From Dehalococcoidia bacterium (GTDB taxonomy: Bacteria; Chloroflexota; Dehalococcoidia; Lucifugimonadales; JAGWBF01): a DNA stretch of 64,000 nucleotides. The DNA is taken from assembly GCA_965207935.1 (NCBI GenBank), contig CBDBNM010000002.1:397692-461691 (forward strand), in the 5' to 3' direction. Shown in pieces: positions 28,159 to 36,957 of the stretch. The translations under genes were made by a program, and so were the position numbers. Each line of letters starts with the position of its first letter. Positions within the stretch are counted from its first letter, which is position 1. The notes below the pieces were generated by a model, which saw only the letters and a list, made by a program, of their open reading frames with translations, ran no database searches and was not told the DNA's origin.

Positions 28159-29166
28159 TTAGGGACTCCCCTCGGTGCGGGCCCAAACGAGGGCCGCTGC
28201 GCCCAGGAGCCCGATGTCATCGCCCAGGGATGTCACGACGATCCTGTACCCCAGCTTGCGGATATGCTCCATAGCGTTCTCGTCGACGTACTTCTCCACC
28301 ATGGGGCGCAGATAGTCCCAGTTCTGGGACACGCCGCCACCCATGACTATCGTGTCCGGGTTGACAAGGTGAAGAACGTTCACCAACCCTACACCCATGG
28401 CATGGCTAACCCTCTCCAGAAGCTCCTTGGAAGGCTCGTGTCCACTCCTGGCAGCCTGGAAGACATGTTCCGAAGTCAACTTCTCAAGGTCGCCGCCAGC
28501 TATATCGGCTAGGACCGAATCGCTCCCCGTCCAGGCCAGACTTCGTGCAGCTTCAGCGATGGCTGTGCCGGAGGCGTAGCTCTCCAGGCACCCCCGATGG
28601 CCGCACTTGCACAGGGGCCCGGAGGCATCGATGCACATGTGGCCGATCTCCCCCGCCATCCCGAAGGCGCCCTCCACGAGCCTTCCATCAGCAACGATGC
28701 CTCCCCCTATGCCCGTGCTCTGGGTTATGTAAATCAAAGTCTTAGACCCTTTGCCCGCGCCGTAGGTGTATTCTCCCAGGGCGGCCAGGGTTGCATCGTT
28801 GCCCGTAAGGACCGGCCAGGGCCCCTTGTCCAGCCAAATCTTCTTGAATGACACTCCATCCAGATGCATGAGATTGGGCGGGGCGTACATTATGCCGGTG
28901 TCGGGATCGACGGGGCTTGCCACAGCTAGGGCGATGCCCGCAACCTTGTCACCGTCATCATAGGACAGTGCTTCGGAGACCAGGTCGTTGACCCGGCTGA
29001 CGATCTCATCCCTGGGGTCTTGGGAGCCTGTGGGGGTACGTCCTCTCCAGGCAATGCGCCCGTCGCGGGTGATCAAGGCCGCCCGCACCCAGGTGCCGCC
29101 AAGGTCGATGGCAAGGGCGTAGGGCCCCCCATCGGTACCCTGCTCGCGGTCCAACTCTTCTACCAT
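28159..29166 (-). CDS. ROK family sugar kinase (glucokinase-like)
   Basis: The N-terminal ATP motif AIDLGGTWVRAA and the ROK zinc motif CKCGHRGCLESYASG. Confidence 0.85.
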   Translation of the reverse strand: MVEELDREQGTDGGPYALAIDLGGTWVRAALITRDGRIAWRGRTPTGSQDPRDEIVSRVNDLVSEALSYDDGDKVAGIALAVASPVDPDTGIMYAPPNLMHLDGVSFKKIWLDKGPWPVLTGNDATLAALGEYTYGAGKGSKTLIYITQSTGIGGGIVADGRLVEGAFGMAGEIGHMCIDASGPLCKCGHRGCLESYASGTAIAEAARSLAWTGSDSVLADIAGGDLEKLTSEHVFQAARSGHEPSKELLERVSHAMGVGLVNVLHLVNPDTIVMGGGVSQNWDYLRPMVEKYVDENAMEHIRKLGYRIVVTSLGDDIGLLGAAALVWARTEGSP

Positions 29167-29188
29167 GTCGCCGGTGCCCAGGAGGCCA

Positions 29189-29791
29189 TCAACCCTCCAG
29201 GATGCTGTCTAGGGCCTTCCGCAAATCATCGGGATCGGTGGGCCCCGAAAAGACCCGCACCAGTTTGCCTTCCCTATCGATGAAGAACTTCTCGGGGATC
29301 TTCACCACACCGTAGTCTATAGCAATGCTCCCCCTATCATCCAGAAGGTTGGGATACGGGACATTCAGCTCCGCCACGAAATCCCTCACGTTCTCCTCCG
29401 TGTCCCAAAGGGCCAACCCCAGGAACTCGACTCCTTGGTCCCGGTACTCGGCGTACACTTCTGCAAGACCCGGGGCTTCGTTTCGGCAGGGAGGGCACCA
29501 AGATGACCAGAAGTCCAGGACCACCACCTTGCCCTTCAGGGAAGCCAGGCTGAGGGTCCCTCCATCCAGGGACACAGCTTCGAACGGCGGGGCCGGCTCG
29601 GGGTCCAGCCAGGCATCTCCAAAGGCCGTGTTGATGCCGGGTTGTCCTATCCTGTTTTCAGACCAACCCACACCCCAAGCCAGCATGCCGAAGAAGACAG
29701 CGAGGGGGACCAGGGCGACGACTATGATCAGGGTGCGCTTGCGGTTCCCCCGCCTGCCGCCTTCAGGCACTATGGGGCCGGCGTCGCTCAA
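29189..29791 (-). CDS. TlpA/ResA/CcmG-like membrane-anchored thiol:disulfide oxidoreductase
   Basis: One N-terminal TM and a thioredoxin fold with WSSWCPPCRNEAP. It sits in the cytochrome c maturation neighbourhood. Confidence 0.8.
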   Translation of the reverse strand: MSDAGPIVPEGGRRGNRKRTLIIVVALVPLAVFFGMLAWGVGWSENRIGQPGINTAFGDAWLDPEPAPPFEAVSLDGGTLSLASLKGKVVVLDFWSSWCPPCRNEAPGLAEVYAEYRDQGVEFLGLALWDTEENVRDFVAELNVPYPNLLDDRGSIAIDYGVVKIPEKFFIDREGKLVRVFSGPTDPDDLRKALDSILEG

Positions 29792-31080
29792 GCCTCTTCC
29801 CCCCGCAATCTGGATGTACCCTCCTCGTCCAGGGCCAGCCGAAGCAGGCGTTCCTTGGCCGCCTGCCTGGTCTCCCTGTATTCATTCTCGCCCAAGTTGC
29901 CCTGGGCGTACAGGTCGTCCAGGTCGGCGATCCTCTGGACAAGCCGGTCTTCGTCCAAGGCTTCGACCTCTACCATGTATCCCTGGACTGTACCGTGCCC
30001 TATTTCACCGGATGCCGGCATCCCGGCTCGTTTGTAGGATGCTATCAATCCGATGGACAGCAGCGATAGCAGCACCACGACCAGGGTGATGGGTATCCAT
30101 ATCTTCAGCAGCCCTCCCTCGGTCAGGGTCTCACCGGCTCTCGACCACCAGGATATGGCGGGCAGGCCCGACACCCTCAGGGACACCCTCCCTCCGGGAA
30201 CGACGTCATTCAGTTCCCAGGAAGTGTAGGTGATCCCTCCGATATCCACCGTCTCGACCATCGTCCCATCATCCAGGGAAGCGTAGGCGAAGAACCCCAA
30301 ACCTTCGGGCAGGAGCACGGAGAACCTGTCGGCCCCCATGTGGAAGGTCTTCTCGATGGTCGCCGAGCCGTCGGCATAGGGCATCTCGTAGGTATAGGTA
30401 ACCTGGTGTATGCCCGGCGTAACAGGGGCTGTCAGAGCAAAGCCGGTGCCTATGTTTATGATCTCACCGCCAGGTAGGTCGGACCCCACGTCAAGCTCCG
30501 TTGCTCCCTCGGGCAGGGAAAAGCGCATGAAGTTAAAGTTGACGGGCTGCTCCAGGTCGGGCACAAAGGTGCGATCGCCATCATTGATAACGCCGACAGC
30601 CTCCAGGGCGAAAACGCTCTCCTCGTCGGGCCCTTCGTTGATAAGCACCGCGTGGGCATCGACGGTTAGAACATCGATGTCCTGAATCACCTCGTACACC
30701 TTCAGTTCGACGGGCTGGGAGCCGATGGGCGACGGCACGGATGCGCTGTACAGGACATCCTGGTAGCTGACGGCCACAGCGTAGGTGCTGTCCTCCACGA
30801 CCTCCACATCGGTGAAGGTGAAGGCGCCCCCTTCCCGGGTGGTAGTCGAAAGCACCTGTATCTGGCCCTCATCGCCGAAGCGGTGGAGCAGCACCTCGAG
30901 CCCCATAGGTGCCTGGCTTCCCTCCGTCCCATTTATCACTTCGCCCCGCACATCTACCATCTCCTGAGCCGATGCTTGCTGATAAGAAATAGCAGATGGA
31001 ACCACGACGAAGATGCAAATGACTATCAGGAGGAAGAATGGGAGGATTCTGGGACGGCTCTCAGCGTGAGTCCGCATCAT
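29788..31080 (-). CDS. Hypothetical membrane-anchored protein (signal/TM, large extracytoplasmic beta-rich domain, C-terminal TM plus CcmI-N-like cytoplasmic tail)
   Basis: 430 aa with N-terminal ILPFFLLIVICIFVVVPSA and a TM LLKIWIPITLVVVLLSLLSIGLIASY. The tail QRIADLDDLYAQGNLGENEYRETRQ shares the pattern Q.I..L...[YF]..G.L.E.EYR with the 132-aa ORF upstream. Confidence 0.55.
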   Translation of the reverse strand: MMRTHAESRPRILPFFLLIVICIFVVVPSAISYQQASAQEMVDVRGEVINGTEGSQAPMGLEVLLHRFGDEGQIQVLSTTTREGGAFTFTDVEVVEDSTYAVAVSYQDVLYSASVPSPIGSQPVELKVYEVIQDIDVLTVDAHAVLINEGPDEESVFALEAVGVINDGDRTFVPDLEQPVNFNFMRFSLPEGATELDVGSDLPGGEIINIGTGFALTAPVTPGIHQVTYTYEMPYADGSATIEKTFHMGADRFSVLLPEGLGFFAYASLDDGTMVETVDIGGITYTSWELNDVVPGGRVSLRVSGLPAISWWSRAGETLTEGGLLKIWIPITLVVVLLSLLSIGLIASYKRAGMPASGEIGHGTVQGYMVEVEALDEDRLVQRIADLDDLYAQGNLGENEYRETRQAAKERLLRLALDEEGTSRLRGEEA

Positions 31081-31136
31081 GTTCGTCTGCTTTTCCGGGC
31101 GGGAAGTCTTGCATGAGCCCGACCCTCACTCCCGTC

Positions 31137-31259
31137 ACTCCCGCCTTCGCGGGAGTCTACGCCCCCTGCCCACGGCCGGTCTGTCCGTTCGCCCTGAGGG
31201 AAATCGAAGGAGAACGGACAGCGGTGTTGCAGACCACGGTAGATCCCCGCTTTCGCGGG
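31137..31259. repeat. Cluster of three REP-like palindromic units in a 193-nt spacer inside the ccm gene string
   Basis: The three units are ACTCCCGC-CTTC-GCGGGAGT (31137..31156), GTCCGTTC-N21-GAACGGAC (31183..31219, related to 20313..20344) and CCCGC-TTTC-GCGGG (31246..31259). Their spurious translations contain the PAKAGI / FRGND strings commonly produced by such repeats. Confidence 0.7.
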
Positions 31260-31273
31260 AACGACGAAATAGT

Positions 31274-31672
31274 TCAAAGGCCTCCGGACAGGGTCTCAGT
31301 GGATTCTTCGCGGTCTTCTGACCCTTGATTAGTCGGCGAACCTTCGCTATTGGCCGAAGCCCTGCTGGAGAAGATGCGCTGCTCCAGCTCCTTGTCCAGC
31401 AGGGAGAGCTCCTCATCTCTTATGGAGCGGGCGGCCTCCATTCGGATGAGCTGCAACTGGCGGCGGTACTCGGGCTCTTCGAGGGTCCCCAACTGGAACT
31501 CCATCTGCAATGCCCGTATCTCCTGGTACATCTCCTCCCGACGTCTCCGCTGCTCCACCTCGGTGGACCGGGGAATATCCGGGCCACCTCCCGGGTTACC
31601 CCGGCGAAAGAAAGGGTAAGCCACCATCGCCACGGCGAAGATGGCCAGGAGGCTGACTATCAGAAAAGCCAC
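31274..31672 (-). CDS. Small single-TM protein, CcmI N-terminal-like (putative cytochrome c maturation accessory)
   Basis: 132 aa with the N-terminal TM MAFLIVSLLAIFAVAMVAYPFF. This is followed by YQEIRALQMEFQLGTLEEPEYRRQL, reminiscent of the CcmI/CycH N-terminal module. It lies directly downstream of ccmF. Confidence 0.5.
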   Translation of the reverse strand: MAFLIVSLLAIFAVAMVAYPFFRRGNPGGGPDIPRSTEVEQRRRREEMYQEIRALQMEFQLGTLEEPEYRRQLQLIRMEAARSIRDEELSLLDKELEQRIFSSRASANSEGSPTNQGSEDREESTETLSGGL

Positions 31673-31777
31673 TGTCGGTTCTCAGTCCTTTAGGCCCTAC
31701 AGCCCTTTTTCGCTAGGGGAGGAGCTGCCGGATTCTCCAGCCTACAGCAAGAACGTCGCGGCGATGGTCCTCCCTGC

Positions 31778-33796
31778 CTAGTCACTGCCTGCCTGTCCCA
31801 CAGCTCCCGGGATGCTTTCCACACCCCTGCGCCTTGACGCCAATTCGAAGGTGGGAGCGGACTCCGGGGCCCTTCGAGGCCACAGGGAGACAACAGTCCC
31901 CAACATGAACATAGGCCCAGCAATCCACATCCACCACACCAGGGGGTTCACAAACACCCGGAAGCCCGCGCTGTTATCCTCGGAGAGCTCGCTGGGCACC
32001 ACGTAGAAGTCCTCCACCGGCGTGGAGCGAATTGACGCCCGGGTGCTGGACATCTGGAAATCGGGATAGAAGGCCCTCTGGGGGTGCATCTCGCCGATGA
32101 ATTCATCCTCCTTGTAGGCCCGCAGGGTTGACACAAATTCGGTGCGGTCGCCCCTGAAACTCGACTCGGTGCCCACATACTCTATGCGGTATTCGCCTAT
32201 GACCGCGCTTTCTCCCGGCTGCAGCACCACATCCCTCTGTATCTCGTAGAACGACGAACCCACGATACCCAGCACCAGGAGGAGGACCGACAGGTGGACT
32301 ATGTAGCCGCCATACCGAGGACGATTGCCTGCGATCAATCTCAGGAAGGCAAGCGGATAGCTGTTCCCCTGCTGGCGCAACGTCCTGGTGCCCCTATACC
32401 ACTCGGCGAGTATCCCCGTTGTCACCATGGCGCATATCCCGAAGGCCAGCAGCGGATACACCTCTCCTATCCCGATGAGGCGCAAGATCACAATGACACC
32501 GACCCCCACCGCAGCGGGAATAGCCAGCGCCCTTAACAGGGTGCGGGGCGAGGCTCGACGCCACGGCATCAACGGCCCAACTCCCATCAGAAAGACCAGG
32601 GCCAGCATCAGCGGCCCGTTGACCTGGTTGTAGAAGGGCGCCGCAACGGTCACCACACTTCCCCGGAACGCCTCTGAAATCAGCGGATAGACAACTCCCC
32701 ACAGGGTGACAAAGGCGATGGCTAGGAGCAGCAGGTTGTTGACCAGGAAGGATGCCTCCCGCGAGAGCGTCGATTCCAGGGTGGACCTGCTCTTCAGGGC
32801 GTTGTATCGCAGGAAGAATATGGCAAAGGGCACGATCACCCCGATCGCCGTAAACATCAGGAAGATCCAGCCCAGGGACGATGCTCCGAAGGAGTGCACC
32901 GACGGCACCGGCCCCCCGCGGTTCATGAACATCCCGTAGAGGGCGAGGCCGAAGGCGATGTTGATGAGCACGATGTTCCACATCCGGAACATGCCCCGGC
33001 GCTTCTGCACCATGATGGAATGGATGAAGGCCGTCAGTGCCACGAAGGGCATGAAACCGGCGTTCTCCACCGGGTCCCAAGCCCAGTATCCTCCCCATCC
33101 CAGGATGGTGTAGGCCCACCAACCCCCCAAGAGCAGGCCCGATCCCAGCAGCGCCCAGCTCACTATTCCCCACGTCCGGCCCGAATCCACCCACTCGTCC
33201 CCGGACTTCCCTTCGATGAGTGCGCCAAGGGCAAAGGCAAGGGGTATGGCCACAGCTACCAACCCCGCCATCATCACGGGCGGATGGATAAACATGCCGG
33301 GGTGGGTCAGGAGCGGGTTGATACCCTGGCCATCGGAGGGGGTGAAGGACAGCTCGGAGAAGGGGTTGGCCATGAAGTAGGTCACCGCAAGGAAGAAGGT
33401 GAGCACCAGCATCAGCACCATGCTGGTATAGGGAAGGAAGTCCTGCATCCTGGCAGGCGCCAGCTTCAAGGCGAGGGCCGACATGGCCGCCAGCACAAAT
33501 CCTATGTAGAGTAGGGAGCCCTCGTTGCCGGCGTAGAAGGCCACCCAGGTGTAAATCCGCTCCATCGACAGGTTGCTGTTCTCAGCCACGTAGGCGATGC
33601 GGAACTCGTTGGTGAGAAAGGCTCCAACGAGGCTGATGACCGAGACGGCTAACGCCAGAACAACCACGTACACGGCAAGGCGGGAGCTCTCCAGGAGCTC
33701 GGGTATGCGCCTCAGTCGTCCCAGCCCGGAACCAATGGCAGAATAGGCCGCCAGGGCGACGGCCAAGGCCAAGCTTATGCTGCCGAGGTCTGCCAA
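31778..33796 (-). CDS. ccmF: Cytochrome c-type biogenesis heme lyase CcmF
   Basis: 672 aa polytopic protein with the WWD motif WGGYWAWDPVEN and conserved His-containing loops. Confidence 0.9.
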   Translation of the reverse strand: MADLGSISLALAVALAAYSAIGSGLGRLRRIPELLESSRLAVYVVVLALAVSVISLVGAFLTNEFRIAYVAENSNLSMERIYTWVAFYAGNEGSLLYIGFVLAAMSALALKLAPARMQDFLPYTSMVLMLVLTFFLAVTYFMANPFSELSFTPSDGQGINPLLTHPGMFIHPPVMMAGLVAVAIPLAFALGALIEGKSGDEWVDSGRTWGIVSWALLGSGLLLGGWWAYTILGWGGYWAWDPVENAGFMPFVALTAFIHSIMVQKRRGMFRMWNIVLINIAFGLALYGMFMNRGGPVPSVHSFGASSLGWIFLMFTAIGVIVPFAIFFLRYNALKSRSTLESTLSREASFLVNNLLLLAIAFVTLWGVVYPLISEAFRGSVVTVAAPFYNQVNGPLMLALVFLMGVGPLMPWRRASPRTLLRALAIPAAVGVGVIVILRLIGIGEVYPLLAFGICAMVTTGILAEWYRGTRTLRQQGNSYPLAFLRLIAGNRPRYGGYIVHLSVLLLVLGIVGSSFYEIQRDVVLQPGESAVIGEYRIEYVGTESSFRGDRTEFVSTLRAYKEDEFIGEMHPQRAFYPDFQMSSTRASIRSTPVEDFYVVPSELSEDNSAGFRVFVNPLVWWMWIAGPMFMLGTVVSLWPRRAPESAPTFELASRRRGVESIPGAVGQAGSD

Positions 33797-33799
33797 CGC

Positions 33800-34324
33800 C
33801 TAGCTCCCTTCTCTCCCATCGGCGATGCCTTCCATCTCAGCATCAGCCATCGCCAGGTATTCACCCATCTGCCCCGATTGCGAATCTGCCGGCTCGCCCC
33901 TTACCCTCATACTCCGCACAACCAGCAGCAGCAATACCAGCGCCCCCGCCAGCCCAACCGGCGGGACAACCCAGGCCAGTAGGCCGAAGCCTTCCTTGGG
34001 AGGCGCCGCGAGGACAGCTTCATCGTAGCTCTCCACAAAGTATTCGAGAATCTCATCGCGGGACCATCCATCCTCCAGCTTCTCCCGGACCACCGCCCTC
34101 ATTTGGGCCGCCAGCTCCACCTGGGACTGGTCGATGGTCTCCCCAGGACACTGCAGGCAGATGAGCTGCTTGTCGATGGACTGGGCGCGTTCCTCCAGGG
34201 AGGGCGGGGTTTCGCTGGCGCACGCATAGAAAGTCAGCACTAACCCCAGCAAGAGGACGGGGAGGATGCCATTTCGCAGAGTTAGGTTCACAACTCTGAC
34301 ATTACCCTGGCCGGAATGGGCCAT
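33800..34324 (-). CDS. ccmH: Cytochrome c-type biogenesis protein CcmH/NrfF
   Basis: LICLQCPGETIDQS (CxxC) followed by a TM segment. The gene starts just upstream of ccmF: its stop at 33800 lies 4 nt before the ccmF start. Confidence 0.85.
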   Translation of the reverse strand: MAHSGQGNVRVVNLTLRNGILPVLLLGLVLTFYACASETPPSLEERAQSIDKQLICLQCPGETIDQSQVELAAQMRAVVREKLEDGWSRDEILEYFVESYDEAVLAAPPKEGFGLLAWVVPPVGLAGALVLLLLVVRSMRVRGEPADSQSGQMGEYLAMADAEMEGIADGREGS

Positions 34325-34346
34325 GCAGCTTCACCGGCCTTAAAGA

Positions 34347-34976
34347 TCAGGGGCAGCTATCATGGTCGTCTATGAGGCAAGCCCGAATGTAGGTGACCGC
34401 CCGCCACCTATCATCCACGGAAAGAAGCTTTGCAAAGGAGGGCATGACGGTTACACCATTGGTTATCCAGCCGTAAATGCCGGCATCCGTCTGGTCCACC
34501 ACGTAGGAATCCTGCAGGTTCGGGGTGATAGTGTACGGTTGGGAATCGGTGCCGTAGCCGAAGTCCTCTTTCATGGTCTTGAGCACAGGTCCGTCACCCA
34601 GCCCCTGGGCGCCGTGGCAGAACACGCAGTTGGTGGAGTAGATGTACTCCCCCGCCGCCAGGACCGACCCTCCGGGAGTGAACGGATTTTCGCCCGTGCT
34701 TAGCTGCACCCCAGTGATGGGTACGGAACCCGCCGGAGCCGACAATACCGGGGGCTCGTGGGGTCCGTAGGACTGCTGGTAGTGCATCTCGTAGAAGATG
34801 TCCACGGGATATGTCCCGCTGGCGCAGCCAGCGGCTGCCAGGGCAACCACTACGAGAATGAGGGATGACAGGACAAGGGTCCGCCCCTTCGATAGTCTCG
34901 AAAAGACAGATGCCCCACGGCGTTTGCGTGCCACGGGATTCCCCTTCCCGGCGTTCAATACCAGATGGTCCTTCAT
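34347..34976 (-). CDS. Membrane-anchored monoheme cytochrome c (ActE-like)
   Basis: Single CVFCHG heme motif, an N-terminal TM/lipobox-like LAAAGC, and a distal Met region TVMPSF. Confidence 0.7.
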   Translation of the reverse strand: MKDHLVLNAGKGNPVARKRRGASVFSRLSKGRTLVLSSLILVVVALAAAGCASGTYPVDIFYEMHYQQSYGPHEPPVLSAPAGSVPITGVQLSTGENPFTPGGSVLAAGEYIYSTNCVFCHGAQGLGDGPVLKTMKEDFGYGTDSQPYTITPNLQDSYVVDQTDAGIYGWITNGVTVMPSFAKLLSVDDRWRAVTYIRACLIDDHDSCP

Positions 34977-34981
34977 GGGAG

Positions 34982-35494
34982 CTACACTTTACCCCGCTTG
35001 ACATCTTCTGCCCCCGCCTGGGTCAGTGCCTGCTCCACGCGGTCGACCTCCTCGGGCTCGCACTCCACCAGGACGCCGACATACCCTTCGGTGATGCGGT
35101 CGTCGTAGAGCCCCAGGGACGGCCTAGGCAGCCGAGACTCGAATATGATGCCCAGGACGGTGAACAGGATGGCCCCCAGCATCGTTCCTTCATAGGTCAC
35201 GATGGCCATGGGGGGCAGGGACAGGATGGGTTTCCCTCCCGTTACCAGGGGGTATGCCATCTGGGTCATCGAGGTCAGCAGGATGCCTGCGGTTAGCCCG
35301 CAGAGGGCTCCGACGAAGGGAAAGACGTAGAGGCGGTGGCTGCTTTCCTTCTCACCGAAAGCCCCCTCAGGGTACGGCGCTCCCGTAAGGAAATCGTAAT
35401 CGTTGTCGCTTATGCCCATTCGCTGGAGGCTGTCTCCCGCCTCTGCAGCATAGTTGGCATCGGAATATAGGCCCAGTACACCTGTTTTAGCCAT
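34982..35494 (-). CDS. ActD-like (DUF3341-type) membrane subunit of quinol:cytochrome c oxidoreductase
   Basis: 170 aa with N-terminal VLGLYSDANYAAEAGDSLQRMGIS and two TM segments. The position within the ACIII-like cluster supports the call; the family assignment is from memory. Confidence 0.5.
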   Translation of the reverse strand: MAKTGVLGLYSDANYAAEAGDSLQRMGISDNDYDFLTGAPYPEGAFGEKESSHRLYVFPFVGALCGLTAGILLTSMTQMAYPLVTGGKPILSLPPMAIVTYEGTMLGAILFTVLGIIFESRLPRPSLGLYDDRITEGYVGVLVECEPEEVDRVEQALTQAGAEDVKRGKV

Positions 35495-35552
35495 CTACCG
35501 CCTCCTTCCTCTATCCTCGCCCTTGGGCGGGCATGGAGGAGTTTGCCCGCAA

Positions 35553-36929
35553 CTACTCCTCCCGGAGTACCGCGGGTACCTTTCTTCTACCGATTTGTAT
35601 CTCATCCCGGGCAATCTCTCCCTCCTTGATGTCGTAGAGGGGGATGAGGGGGAACACCTTGGCAAACAGCAGCATAAGCATGCAGACCAGCGCAAAGGTG
35701 CCCATAACTATGACCACCTCGACCACGCTGGGGGCATAGGTGAAGTAGGTGAAGTTCATGACCTGCTTCTGGGCAAGGCCGGGCACGATGATCAGGAAGC
35801 GCTCCAGCCACATGCCGATGTTCACCGATATGCAGGCGATGATCATCAACCCCGGGTTCCTGCGCACGCCCTTGAACAGCCACATGCCGACAGGAATGAA
35901 GTAGGTGGTACCCACAAAGGTGATGAACCACCAGCTCCACGGTGCTTGGGCCGATAAGAAATCCTTAACGGATATCTCATCCGCTTCCAGGCTGTAGAGG
36001 CCGAAGAAGAACTCCAGGACGAAGAAGAAGAACCAGCCGGTGGCAACCACCATCAGCAGCCTGCCGAGGGCATCGAAATGCTCGGGGCGTATGTACTCAT
36101 GCCATCCGTACAGCCAGCGCATGACGGCCATGACTATCACCACGGCTGCAACGCCCGAGTGGACGGCGCCGATGACGAAGTAAGGCGGGAAGATGGTGGA
36201 ATGCCAGCTCTTCACCGAGATGGCCATGCTGAAGTCGAATGACACTATGCTGTGGACCGACACGAAGACGGGAAGAATCAGCGCCGAGAGCAGGATGCCT
36301 GCGATTATCTGCAGCTTCCACTGCCTCGGATTTCCCCGCCAGCCCAATGCGAGCACGGAGTACATCTGGCGTCGTATGCCCGTCGAGCGGTCCCTTACGA
36401 CAGCCAGATCGGGGAGAAGGGCGATGTAAACGAACAGGATGCTGGATGTCAGGTAGGTGAACACCGCTGACGGGTCCCAAATGAGGGCCGACCGCACGTT
36501 GGGATATACGCCCCTGGCCCAGTCGAAGGGGAAGACCCAGTAGAAGACCCGCCAGGGACGCCCTGCATGAATCAGGGGCATCAGCATGGCTGTCATCAGG
36601 GAGAAGACCGTCAGGACCTCGGCGGCCCTGGTGGCAGGGCGCCTCCACTCCGCCTTGGACAGCCGAAGGATGGCTGAGAGCATAACGCCGGCGTGGGATA
36701 TGCCGATCCAGAAGACGAAGTTGGTGATGAAGAAGCCCCACATGACGGGGCGGTTCAGGCCGCTGACGCCCAGTCCTTTGTTGAACATGTAGCCGGCGGC
36801 GCACATTGCGCCCACGACGATGATGCCAAAGAAGGCGATCAGCCCCCATTGCCATTTGGGGTGCAAGAAGATGGTGTGAAGCAGGTCCCGGTTTATCTGC
36901 CGGTCTGCCAGCGCCCTACCTTCCTGCAT
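35553..36929 (-). CDS. NrfD/PsrC-family polytopic quinol-interacting membrane subunit (ActC/ActF-type)
   Basis: 458 aa with about 10 TM and VMWGFFITNFVFWIGISHAGVMLSAILR, which is typical of NrfD-like proteins. Confidence 0.75.
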   Translation of the reverse strand: MQEGRALADRQINRDLLHTIFLHPKWQWGLIAFFGIIVVGAMCAAGYMFNKGLGVSGLNRPVMWGFFITNFVFWIGISHAGVMLSAILRLSKAEWRRPATRAAEVLTVFSLMTAMLMPLIHAGRPWRVFYWVFPFDWARGVYPNVRSALIWDPSAVFTYLTSSILFVYIALLPDLAVVRDRSTGIRRQMYSVLALGWRGNPRQWKLQIIAGILLSALILPVFVSVHSIVSFDFSMAISVKSWHSTIFPPYFVIGAVHSGVAAVVIVMAVMRWLYGWHEYIRPEHFDALGRLLMVVATGWFFFFVLEFFFGLYSLEADEISVKDFLSAQAPWSWWFITFVGTTYFIPVGMWLFKGVRRNPGLMIIACISVNIGMWLERFLIIVPGLAQKQVMNFTYFTYAPSVVEVVIVMGTFALVCMLMLLFAKVFPLIPLYDIKEGEIARDEIQIGRRKVPAVLREE

Positions 36930-36957
36930 GGAATTCCTTCATCTTGTTACACATCCT

